The notes under the pieces were generated by a model. That model saw only the letters and a list, made by a program, of their open reading frames with translations. It ran no database searches and had not been told where the DNA came from. A stretch of 64,000 nt of DNA from Candidatus Heimdallarchaeota archaeon (GTDB lineage: Archaea > Asgardarchaeota > Heimdallarchaeia > Heimdallarchaeales > Kariarchaeaceae). Numbering within the stretch: position 1 is the first letter of the stretch; each line of letters begins with the position of its first letter. Shown in pieces: positions 1 to 8,704 of this stretch. The stretch lies in assembly GCA_030149205.1 (NCBI GenBank), contig JASBSB010000001.1, positions 134,357 through 198,356 on the forward strand. The letters are read 5' to 3'. Position numbers and translations under genes: made by a program.

Positions 1-552
1 TCAATAGTAGATTCTTATCAACAAAAAGCTGCGAAATTACCACTCCCTAAAATTCTGCTCAAGTTAATCAGTTTACTGATAGAGGGAGTACAAGCTAAGA
101 TAAAGATTCTATAAATTATAATTGTAAAATCATATTTGCTCTAATGTCGATTTTTGATTTTAAATTTGTTCATGAAAGGTATTGTCCATTGTAACCAGAA
201 CATCCCAATGAATTTGGGATTAAAATGAAAGAAATAGTTATTGATCGTAAAAAGAGAAGAGAAGAGTTGAAAACCAATATGGGTAGTTATCTAATTTAGT
301 GGTTTAGGTAGTTTACTTTACTAAATTAATACAATATTACAGAAGATTACAAAGATTAGATGTTTTAATTGCAAATATCATAAAAAACATTTCATCTTAG
401 TAAATTTTTTAGTTTGTACTAAAGCAGAGTATTATTTCACAAAAAACAATCTAAGTTTGTTAGAACAGAAGATAAACAACCATTTTAAGGAAAAATATAT
501 GCAAAAAGAAATTTAAGTTCGGGTTAATTCTTTTCAATGACCTAATATAATT

Positions 553-1386
553 TCAAGTGTCAAACTCTAATAAATCTATAAAGTCACACAATTTACAAAA
601 TTGACATACCTTAGATGTGAAATCTTGTTCAGGTAACTTTTTTATATTATTTAATTGTTGTGATTTTTCGTATAAATTAGAAATCTCTTGCAATAATCCC
701 CCAATCGTTTTCTGGTCAATTTTTTGAATTTGATCAAATTTTGGTTTACTATACCAAAGTTCAAGATTTATTTGCTGGTCTGGAAAAGAACTGTATAATA
801 TTTCACCATAAATTTTTATTTGATTCTCATCTTCTAGTTTTGGAGTACCCGTTTTGTATTCAATTATTCGTAATCCACCTGTTTCAGAAAATGCTACCAA
901 GTCAATCTTACCACGTATTTGAAAATTGTGGTTAATTCTATTGATAACAGTAAATTCATCTTGAATTACAAGTGATGTTATCTCATTATTATTAATTGTA
1001 ACCAAACTTTCTGCCATAAGAGCAAGATTATGAAGTTGACTTGTAATTATATCAAAACTATTTGAAAATTCTTGGCGATGGTATTTCCATGGACCTGTAT
1101 TATTCATCCATATTTTTTTTATTGAATCTAATTCAATTTCCATTGATAATAATATTGCATCCTTTATATTCTTACTTTTACGGTGATAAAAAAATTCAAC
1201 ATTACTAAAATTTCTTAGGAATACTCTCTGTAAAATTAAATGTAAAAAATTTCCCGCGTATACAAATTTGTTAGGTGTAAATGGTATTTTTATCTCCTGT
1301 TGAGCATATAATACCTGTAACATTGTTCTTCTTTTACAATTAAATTCATTTACACTTGTAACTCCTAATCTTATTGATTTATTCAT
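553..1386 (-). CDS. Cas4/RecB-like PD-(D/E)XK nuclease with a predicted Fe-S cluster. It is the last gene of the Argonaute operon.
   Basis: Nuclease motifs are visible in the translation. Motif II is GKIDLVAF, motif III is IIEYKTG (E-x-K), and the QxxxY motif is QIKIYGEILY. There is one N-terminal Cys (NEFNCKRR) and a C-terminal CQFCKLC triad, the 1+3 cysteine pattern of Cas4/AddB-type nucleases. Its stop-start region overlaps the upstream gene by 8 nt. Confidence 0.6.
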   Translation of the reverse strand: MNKSIRLGVTSVNEFNCKRRTMLQVLYAQQEIKIPFTPNKFVYAGNFLHLILQRVFLRNFSNVEFFYHRKSKNIKDAILLSMEIELDSIKKIWMNNTGPWKYHRQEFSNSFDIITSQLHNLALMAESLVTINNNEITSLVIQDEFTVINRINHNFQIRGKIDLVAFSETGGLRIIEYKTGTPKLEDENQIKIYGEILYSSFPDQQINLELWYSKPKFDQIQKIDQKTIGGLLQEISNLYEKSQQLNNIKKLPEQDFTSKVCQFCKLCDFIDLLEFDT

Positions 1387-3157
1387 TTAATGTCCTCCTA
1401 TTTTCCAATAAAAATTCTGAAGAATAGTGCATAGCTAATCCAAGGATAAATGGAAATTTCGGTTTTGATAAACTGTATGGGTTTATGAAGGTTTGATAAA
1501 ATACATCTTGAAGTATTTCTTGGATATCATGCAATCCTTTGATTTTTTCAATAAATAATGGTTTGGGAATACCTTCAAATAAATCATTAGGATATCCATT
1601 TGTCATAATTAATGACTTGTTATCATTAATACTAACTGATAAGCCATCAATTGCTTTAGAAGTATTTTCGATCTGTCCATAAAGGATTGAGTGTGATGAA
1701 TTAACTAAAACTAAACAAAAATTATAATGGGAAATTTTATCAATTAAAGGTAATAACTGTCTGTCTGAAATTTGAATTAAGAAGTGGTCTGAATCACTAA
1801 AATTAATCAATTTTTGTAAGAAATCATTAATTTTAACTTTTTCATCGATATTTTTGTCTCTATCATTATAAAAAATATCATGTGAAATGTTAATATTTCC
1901 CTTATTAGAACTAACACCTGATAATATCATCCATTCTCCTGCATAATATGGTGTTATATGAAGAGCGATTATATTCTGATGATACTTCATTGATACATTT
2001 TGATATAATTTTCGAGTGTATCTAAATCTAATATTCAACCAAATTAGTTTTACAATTTTTCCCCAATCATCTTCTAATATTGTTGAAAATTTAATGATTT
2101 TATTTGGAATTACAATTTTTTCTTTAGTTTTATTGTATACATATCCTGAACCCTTTATTCTATCGTCGATACATATTATAGCTGCATCTGCCTCAAATTT
2201 ATGAAGCTTGGAGACATAATAGCTTTGAATTGTAATATTTAATCCTGTAACTTCTGCAAAATATGAAATAAAATTCTGAATCTTAATGGGGGTATTATCT
2301 GTCACAGATTTATCAATTAAAAATAATATATTGCTAATAAATGGATCAAATGAAATGTTATCCTCTAAAATATCTACTAATGGAGTAGTGTTTAAAGTTT
2401 CAATAGTGTTTGAATTGATTTTTATCGACGGACTATTTATTAAATCCCCTTTCAGATTCTCAATAACAGATAATCTTACATTTCCGATTTGATTTGTATT
2501 TATTACTTTGATTATTTTAAGGAATCTTTGTTCCACTGATTCAAAATTTCGATGTAATTGTAATACTTCTTTTTCTATTACACCAGGTATTAATTTATTA
2601 GATGTTAAGTTAAATGAATTTTCAGATATTTCATGTCTGGGATCATAAAAAACCATAACCTTATCATCTCGCATCTCATGGCATTCAAACCTTTCAGCTT
2701 GAAAAATCGAATACGTGAATGTTTCATTAAACTGTTCAACAGTTTTTTCTACGATAGGATTTATTCTTTGACTAGCTACTCCTTTAGATTTTCCAATAAA
2801 TGACAGTACCTCACTGGGTCTATAATAACCTTTGTTTGAAAATGTAATATATAAGGCTGTCAATACGAATATGTCAAGATTTTGTATTTCTTTCTTTTCA
2901 TTAATCTCTGTAGTACAGATTGAAACAGGGATTGTAGCAATCTCCAAATGTGAAGGTGGTTTTTGTGCGAAAAGGTAATATGAATCCTTTACATATATAA
3001 TTGTAAATGGAACATCTGATAAAAAATCACCATTTTTTAATGCAAAGGTCAGAAAGCTAAATTCATAGTTGTACTGCATGGAAACTTTGTACATTTTTAA
3101 TACAGCTGTATCAATTTGTGCTATCCAACCAAGTATTTTGCATATCATATAAACCAC
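1379..3157 (-). CDS. Hypothetical 592-aa protein, the fourth gene of the Argonaute operon. No recognised domain.
   Basis: It is a long uninterrupted ORF. It overlaps the upstream Argonaute gene by 13 nt and the downstream nuclease gene by 8 nt, which suggests translational coupling. I found no Walker A motif or other signature. The C-terminal approximately 100 aa (KPKFPFILGLAMHYSS) faintly recalls a PIWI C-terminus, but this is not convincing. Confidence 0.5.
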   Translation of the reverse strand: MVYMICKILGWIAQIDTAVLKMYKVSMQYNYEFSFLTFALKNGDFLSDVPFTIIYVKDSYYLFAQKPPSHLEIATIPVSICTTEINEKKEIQNLDIFVLTALYITFSNKGYYRPSEVLSFIGKSKGVASQRINPIVEKTVEQFNETFTYSIFQAERFECHEMRDDKVMVFYDPRHEISENSFNLTSNKLIPGVIEKEVLQLHRNFESVEQRFLKIIKVINTNQIGNVRLSVIENLKGDLINSPSIKINSNTIETLNTTPLVDILEDNISFDPFISNILFLIDKSVTDNTPIKIQNFISYFAEVTGLNITIQSYYVSKLHKFEADAAIICIDDRIKGSGYVYNKTKEKIVIPNKIIKFSTILEDDWGKIVKLIWLNIRFRYTRKLYQNVSMKYHQNIIALHITPYYAGEWMILSGVSSNKGNINISHDIFYNDRDKNIDEKVKINDFLQKLINFSDSDHFLIQISDRQLLPLIDKISHYNFCLVLVNSSHSILYGQIENTSKAIDGLSVSINDNKSLIMTNGYPNDLFEGIPKPLFIEKIKGLHDIQEILQDVFYQTFINPYSLSKPKFPFILGLAMHYSSEFLLENRRTLNE

Positions 3158-5346
3158 GGCTTTTTAAAATGGAAATTCGCCATATCTTTAGGAATTTTGC
3201 CCATACCTCTACTTGATGAATGAATTGGAACTGGGAGCTTAGTTTCAATTCTATCCCATCCAGAATAACAATGGCATAAATCAAAAATCTCATAAAGAAG
3301 TTTTTCAAATCTCTCCTCATCACATTTAATATTTCTTAATACAATTGGATTTTGAGTCCCAACATTTCCTTGTGTTGAAATTAAACCAACTTCAGTCTTA
3401 GATATCCAATAAAAAGTCCCAATATGTGGCCGAAATATTCTATTTTTTTCATTCTTTGAATAAATACGAAGTGGAGACGAAGAAATTACCTCAACAATTG
3501 AATGTTTTAAATTAAGAATATTAAGGCTATGTTCAATATCTTTTAATTCTCTATCATAAAATTTTCCATTCTTTATTAAAACTACTTCATCATTATTTTT
3601 AGTGAGTAACTTAAAAGCACTTTCAAAATTTTGTTGACGATTTTCGACGTTATCAGAAATGTAGTATCCTCCACTAAATCTACCCGAATTATAATATGAA
3701 TTTAGTAACCCCCGATATTTAGTTGCATCTAGTGAGATGTTTTGAGATTGCAAACCAATATATTTTACAAAACCATTTTCATTAACATTCAGTAACCATG
3801 AATGTAGACCTAACTTTGCAATTATACCCAAAAATATATTCCGAAAATACCCATTTTGTCTTGATTCAATTTTATCCTTCAGAACATTAAAATTAATTCC
3901 CTGATGAGGATATTCATTTTTTATTAATTCACCAGATACTAATTCTTTGAATTCACTATCTACACTATCATTATCAGAATGAACCACTATGATACAATTG
4001 TTGTTATTTACAAATTTATCCATATATTCTGATAAGTCTCCCTTTTTTTCGAGAAGTTTTATTTCATCAAACTCAATTTCTGTACTAAGAAATTGTTGAA
4101 GAATGATTATTTCTTTTGTTTCTTTTAGAAATGGCTTTTTTATTAATCCTAATTGATATTCATTATACTCTCGATATAATAAAATCGATATTTTTAACTT
4201 TTCGGGACCCTTATCAAATATCCCATATTTTTGAATTTCTAATGCTGGGTAATCAGTCCTATGTGAATTACCAATAATGTAATTATTCAAATCTAATAGT
4301 CCAGAGTTACATGAGTTCCAAGATTGAAAGTTTCTAATTGGATTTAGAGTTATTGAACCCACGGTTAAATTACCTATAAAACGCATATAATTCTGTGATC
4401 GTTTAAATCTAATCGGAGGGTCAGGCCTAATTTGTTTCATCAGGGCACCTCTATCATGATAATCCAAATGTGAAAATGTTGGTAATTCTCGAATTCTTTC
4501 TAAAGGGTATGAATAATACTCATCATTATCATTTTTATAGAATGATAACGCAATAGGTGGTTCATCTTGTATAAATTCACCAAGCACGGGTGCTCTAGGA
4601 CAAATGAATTTTTGTTTGTGAAACTCAATTATATCTAAATTATCAATTATTACCTCTGAAGGTTTCTTATTTACAATTTTTTTCAATTTCACAGTCTTCC
4701 CAGTTCCAGCATATCTACAGTTTGAGAAAGGATCCTGTTTTTCTGGACATTGAATAATTGGACAAGTATCTACATAATAATTTTTCGGATTTATTTCTAT
4801 ACTAGAATATGAAAGTTTCTCTCTCAATGATACGGATGAATGAAATTTATATTTGAGATCAACTATTACTCCAACTTCACCATTTTTAAGCAAAATTGGA
4901 GCATATTGAAATCCTGGGAAAACATCAATTTTTCCAAAACCCTCGATGGTCTCAGGGCTAGAAACCTCAAATATTGAATTGTAAGTTTCTTGTATCTTCC
5001 ATAATTTATTACTATGTCGTAAATTGACAGCAATAGCATCTCCAATAATTCTTTTCAATAGATCTAAATCATCATCATTTTGGGCTGAAACTAATCTACT
5101 AGTAGGAGGAAATAAATTTACTGCCAAATCTTTTTCGAAATCATCTTCAAGTAATTCGGTTGAAATTATCTTATCTCCAAATTGAATTATAATTTTACGT
5201 CGATTATCTGGAACTTTCCTAAGATTAAGTAATACATCACCAAGTTTTCGAAAGTTTATTTCTTCTTTTTTCCTATATTCAAAGACTGTAACTTTATCTT
5301 TGAATGGTGTTTTTTCAAATTTTAAAATATTAGTTATTATTTCCAT
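3145..5346 (-). CDS. Prokaryotic Argonaute (pAgo), a PIWI-domain protein that is predicted catalytically inactive (long-B-like).
   Basis: The C-terminal third aligns motif by motif to the PIWI domain of Argonautes. NIFLGIIAKLGLHSWLL matches NLCLKINVKLGGVNNIL. KYIGLQSQN matches FLGADVTH. VVLIKNGKF matches IIFYRDGVS. SIVEVISSSPLRIY matches ITFIVVQKRHHTRLF. PHIGTFYWIS matches IPAGTTVDTKI. The terminal KLPVPIHSS matches IPAPAYYAH. The DEDX catalytic positions are replaced (GLQSQ and KNG), so it is predicted slicer-dead. At 733 aa it has the size of a long pAgo. Confidence 0.6.
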   Translation of the reverse strand: MEIITNILKFEKTPFKDKVTVFEYRKKEEINFRKLGDVLLNLRKVPDNRRKIIIQFGDKIISTELLEDDFEKDLAVNLFPPTSRLVSAQNDDDLDLLKRIIGDAIAVNLRHSNKLWKIQETYNSIFEVSSPETIEGFGKIDVFPGFQYAPILLKNGEVGVIVDLKYKFHSSVSLREKLSYSSIEINPKNYYVDTCPIIQCPEKQDPFSNCRYAGTGKTVKLKKIVNKKPSEVIIDNLDIIEFHKQKFICPRAPVLGEFIQDEPPIALSFYKNDNDEYYSYPLERIRELPTFSHLDYHDRGALMKQIRPDPPIRFKRSQNYMRFIGNLTVGSITLNPIRNFQSWNSCNSGLLDLNNYIIGNSHRTDYPALEIQKYGIFDKGPEKLKISILLYREYNEYQLGLIKKPFLKETKEIIILQQFLSTEIEFDEIKLLEKKGDLSEYMDKFVNNNNCIIVVHSDNDSVDSEFKELVSGELIKNEYPHQGINFNVLKDKIESRQNGYFRNIFLGIIAKLGLHSWLLNVNENGFVKYIGLQSQNISLDATKYRGLLNSYYNSGRFSGGYYISDNVENRQQNFESAFKLLTKNNDEVVLIKNGKFYDRELKDIEHSLNILNLKHSIVEVISSSPLRIYSKNEKNRIFRPHIGTFYWISKTEVGLISTQGNVGTQNPIVLRNIKCDEERFEKLLYEIFDLCHCYSGWDRIETKLPVPIHSSSRGMGKIPKDMANFHFKKPWFI

Positions 5347-5348
5347 AT

Positions 5349-6035
5349 TTATCTCTCTTTGTTTTTAAGTAACTCAAATGAACTTATCACCGCAAGGTCT
5401 GTGTTAACCGTTTTTGTTAGTATTTTCTTACAAGCTGAATGCATTATGAAAAATCCTGTACCTAACGCAGTTTTCATTAACTCGTTTTTTGCGGATTGCA
5501 ATAAAATATCATTAACTATTATTTCAGGATGAACTGATGTTGAAAAATATACTTGGATTGTAAATGAACTCGTATCATCCAAAAACAAAAAAGAATTTAT
5601 TCCATCTTTTTTCCAATTACACTTCAGTGAAAAAAGATCTTCAATTCTTGAATTAAACCCGTCTAATCTATTAAATTCTTCGCTAATTTCTTTGATAGGT
5701 AGTATAATTGAAGATTTTAACAAATAATTCCCCATAACTCTCAGGTGCCAATTAGAATTAAATTTATCTACGTCTAATACTTGTATAGTTTGATTGGATT
5801 GATACAATCCTGTATCTTCTTCATAAGAAAGCAGATTATCTTTAGTTAATTGGCTAAGTATCATTTCAACTTCTACATTTGGTATATGATCAAAATATAG
5901 ATTACTTCTCCCAGAACTCATCCAAATATGTTTCACTATATTTGATTTTTTTGCACTACCATAATCTCGCAGGAAATCAAGAATTAATTTTTTAATTGCT
6001 TTCTCCATTGAATCTTTAGGTTTCATATCAATCAC
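5349..6035 (-). CDS. Hypothetical 228-aa protein with a putative N-terminal winged-helix domain, the second gene of the Argonaute operon.
   Basis: Its start overlaps the upstream gene by 4 nt, and it ends 2 nt before the Argonaute start. The N-terminal approximately 70 aa (EKAIKKLILDFLRDYGSAKKSNIVKHIW...ILSQLTKDNLLSYEE) has a wHTH-like pattern. The rest is unassigned. Confidence 0.45.
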   Translation of the reverse strand: MIDMKPKDSMEKAIKKLILDFLRDYGSAKKSNIVKHIWMSSGRSNLYFDHIPNVEVEMILSQLTKDNLLSYEEDTGLYQSNQTIQVLDVDKFNSNWHLRVMGNYLLKSSIILPIKEISEEFNRLDGFNSRIEDLFSLKCNWKKDGINSFLFLDDTSSFTIQVYFSTSVHPEIIVNDILLQSAKNELMKTALGTGFFIMHSACKKILTKTVNTDLAVISSFELLKNKER

Positions 6036-7072
6036 CTGACTATCTCCTTAATCTTTGACTTTAGTTCTTCAGAATTATCTACAATTACAACATTCTTAAA
6101 ATTGTAGCGTATTTCATCATAATATTGATTAGAATTGTTTAAAATAATAAAATGGGTAATATCAATAAACGAAGTAAAAGCAAAATTAATTTCATCTACC
6201 TCTTCAGAAGGTAAATGCATATCTACAATCCATAATCCAATTTTTAGGTTATTCAATTCAATGTAAATGGGAATTGTTATACTCTCATTCTGACTATTTG
6301 TAATCTTTATTTCCTTACGGATAAAAATTGGATTGAATTCTTGAATTACATTGAGGAAGCTTTGACCAATTTTCTCCTGTAAATACTTGAAATCATCACT
6401 GAAAGCCGGAATTCCAGATATTTCCTCAAAATCTTTTGCTGTGTATTTTGTTCTCATTTGAGAGCTTGATTTTGTAATTATTTGTTCTATTATATCTTGA
6501 AATATTTGTTTAGGATTACGAATTAGAATATTATATTTTGATAGCTCTTCAAGACATTTACTCTTAATATTATCGAATGGACTTGATGGATGATTGGGGG
6601 CAAAATAATTCCAAACAAATTCTATTTTTTTGAATACTTCAATTTTTTTCTGATCTGTGAATTTTCCTTTGAAAAGAGAATTTATTCTACCTTTATCAGC
6701 ATTTGAAATTTCTAAATTGTTCTGAAGGTTTTGTTGAATTTGCAGTAGTTCAGTAATTTCTGCATTCCAACCCGATTGAGTTGTAAATCGAAATTTAATT
6801 TCTTTTCCAGATAAATTTTTTTCATCTTCCTGTATGAACTTTGTTAAAATTGGTATCAAACTTGATTTATTCCAGACACTATGTTCTTTTTTCTTTACCT
6901 GTTCAAATATAAAGTACCCAGTATATTCTATGTTAATATCTTCTAATTCATCATCCTTTGATTCAAATTCAATTGATAAAATCTGATCTCCTTTAATGAA
7001 TTCAATGACTCTTAGTACTCCAACCATATTTTGGTAATTAATACCATAGTTTGTATCAATTCCACTTGGCAA
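6032..7072 (-). CDS. Hypothetical 346-aa protein, the first gene of the Argonaute operon, with a TTG start.
   Basis: It is a long ORF. The start codon at 7070..7072 is TTG and there is no in-frame ATG upstream. It overlaps the next gene by 4 nt. No recognisable motif. A weak PD-(D/E)XK-like D...EQVK patch lies near the N-terminus. Confidence 0.45.
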   Translation of the reverse strand: MPSGIDTNYGINYQNMVGVLRVIEFIKGDQILSIEFESKDDELEDINIEYTGYFIFEQVKKKEHSVWNKSSLIPILTKFIQEDEKNLSGKEIKFRFTTQSGWNAEITELLQIQQNLQNNLEISNADKGRINSLFKGKFTDQKKIEVFKKIEFVWNYFAPNHPSSPFDNIKSKCLEELSKYNILIRNPKQIFQDIIEQIITKSSSQMRTKYTAKDFEEISGIPAFSDDFKYLQEKIGQSFLNVIQEFNPIFIRKEIKITNSQNESITIPIYIELNNLKIGLWIVDMHLPSEEVDEINFAFTSFIDITHFIILNNSNQYYDEIRYNFKNVVIVDNSEELKSKIKEIVR

Positions 7073-7090
7073 TATTTTAAATCTAGTTTT

Positions 7091-7102
7091 CTTTATAATA
7101 AT
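7091..7102 (-). promoter_or_regulatory. Putative TATA box for the pAgo operon, implying a leaderless transcript.
   Basis: The minus strand reads ...gaattattataaagaaaactagatttaaaatatt-TTG. The TTATTATAAAG element lies about 25-30 nt upstream of the first codon. Confidence 0.3.
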
Positions 7103-7430
7103 TCAGAGATATTGTAATAATCAAAATGAAAGTTTTAAAAATTTAAATATACAATATGTGATATCAAAAAAATTTTATTGCAAAGACTTAAAATAAATGA
7201 GAACTCGAAGCTGGATAAAGACCTATAACCGTGATTTCCTTGAAATATCTCGGATATAATCAAGAAAATAAATTAGTAAATCTAAATCTTGATTGAAATA
7301 TTCTTCGTCTACTAATTATTCTTATTATATTGTTATCTTATAAGAGTTGGAAGTACACAGATATTCGACTTGCTAAGTCAGTATACAATATATATTCAAC
7401 CAGTATCTTTCAACTATGACTACCAATTCC

Positions 7431-7440
7431 AAAAAAAAAA
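7431..7440 (-). terminator. Oligo-T terminator downstream of the DUF4238 gene.
   Basis: A10 on the plus strand equals T10 on the minus strand. It begins 14 nt after the DUF4238 stop codon at 7455..7457. This is typical archaeal intrinsic termination. Confidence 0.4.
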
Positions 7441-7454
7441 TGAAATTGAATGAA

Positions 7455-8597
7455 TTAATCCAGGTGTTTATTGTTTTTCTTAATATGCTGCAATGTATCT
7501 TCATTGTGAGCTGCCAAATACTCAAAAGAATTGTCATACATAGTTTGATTTAATCTATGAATAATGTCACTTTTTACGAAAATACTATATTCAACAGGAG
7601 TTTTGTTATCAATTGTAGATAAATTATTTGTTATGTATTTCATAAAATTTTCCAGATTTAACAATCCTATCGCAATTGTGGGATTAATTGGTATGTAATA
7701 TTCTAACATAACTGATACTCCATTTACTATTAACTCTGCTATAATCAATGGATTGTCTGAAGTAATTAATTCTACAGGGTGGTCTTGAGGATTTAGTCCA
7801 GATAGATTAATTATGATGATCGGCCTGAGTTCAGTATGTTTTAGTGGTTTATCAACTGTTTCATCAGGCAATTTTTGTAAAACTTCTCTGATTTTATTTT
7901 CAATTTCGATTTGACTATCTTTATGATCTAAAGATTTCTTTATTCCGATACTAATATTTTTACTTATTAAGGATATCATACCTTGTAAGTCGTTTTTTAA
8001 AAAATACCCCTGTGCTTTTTGTAAAAACACCTCGTCATATTTAATATTACTTTGATATAGAATCTCCTGTGTTTCAGTGCTAATAAAACTAAAATCCAAT
8101 ATCTTACTAAATTTCATGTAATTTCTAAATGAAGGTGTTCTAAACGTTAGATGATTAATAAAATCACATAAAATTTCGAAATTTGATTGCAAATGCATAG
8201 CATCTATGAAAGTCTCCGCAAATTTTTTTATATCTAATGATTTTTTGAATATGTTATCTCTATTACTAGGGTTGTAAATTTTTATTTTCTCAGTTTGAAA
8301 ATTTAATTTTTCTAATCCAGTAAAGAACTTAGCGACTTTATCCTCAGCTTCACTCATCAAATCGTCAATCAGTTCCTCTAAAAACCTTGGAGAATAAAAA
8401 CTTTGATTAATCTTTTTTTTGTCAATATCCCCAGTCTTTTTGTTCAACCTAAATACTCTTTTCTTTTTGTTATCTTTTTCAAAATCCTCCTCAATAACAA
8501 AATTTCGTAGAAACCACTGAGGAATATAATGTTGTTTTCTGCCTGACATGAACATAACTGTGGAATAATTGTATATTATAGTATTTGAACGAGACAT
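7455..8597 (-). CDS. DUF4238-family protein, a candidate stand-alone defence gene.
   Basis: The N-terminal motif GRKQHYIPQWFLRNF is the hallmark HY(I/V)PQ(F/W)(Y/F)L+xF signature of DUF4238. It is a single gene with its own oligo-T terminator. Confidence 0.55.
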   Translation of the reverse strand: MSRSNTIIYNYSTVMFMSGRKQHYIPQWFLRNFVIEEDFEKDNKKKRVFRLNKKTGDIDKKKINQSFYSPRFLEELIDDLMSEAEDKVAKFFTGLEKLNFQTEKIKIYNPSNRDNIFKKSLDIKKFAETFIDAMHLQSNFEILCDFINHLTFRTPSFRNYMKFSKILDFSFISTETQEILYQSNIKYDEVFLQKAQGYFLKNDLQGMISLISKNISIGIKKSLDHKDSQIEIENKIREVLQKLPDETVDKPLKHTELRPIIIINLSGLNPQDHPVELITSDNPLIIAELIVNGVSVMLEYYIPINPTIAIGLLNLENFMKYITNNLSTIDNKTPVEYSIFVKSDIIHRLNQTMYDNSFEYLAAHNEDTLQHIKKNNKHLD

Positions 8598-8704
8598 TAC
8601 AAAATTAATCGATAATTAGATCATTTTCTGAAATTTCAAAGGTTTGTGTTAACAAAAATAATATTAGTCAATATTTCAGACTTGTGTTTCAATCAACAAC
8701 TAAT

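Noticed and set aside
1-552. A tRNA or integrase remnant flanking the island.
   Set aside because: I scanned by eye for GC-rich cloverleaf-sized segments and for ORFs. I found only a 24-codon spurious ORF (225..299) and nothing tRNA-like.
1379-3157. The 592-aa operon protein as a second degenerate PIWI protein.
   Set aside because: Only a short C-terminal patch loosely resembles PIWI. The KLGG, GxDV and RDG-equivalent blocks are absent. I keep it as a low-weight remark only.
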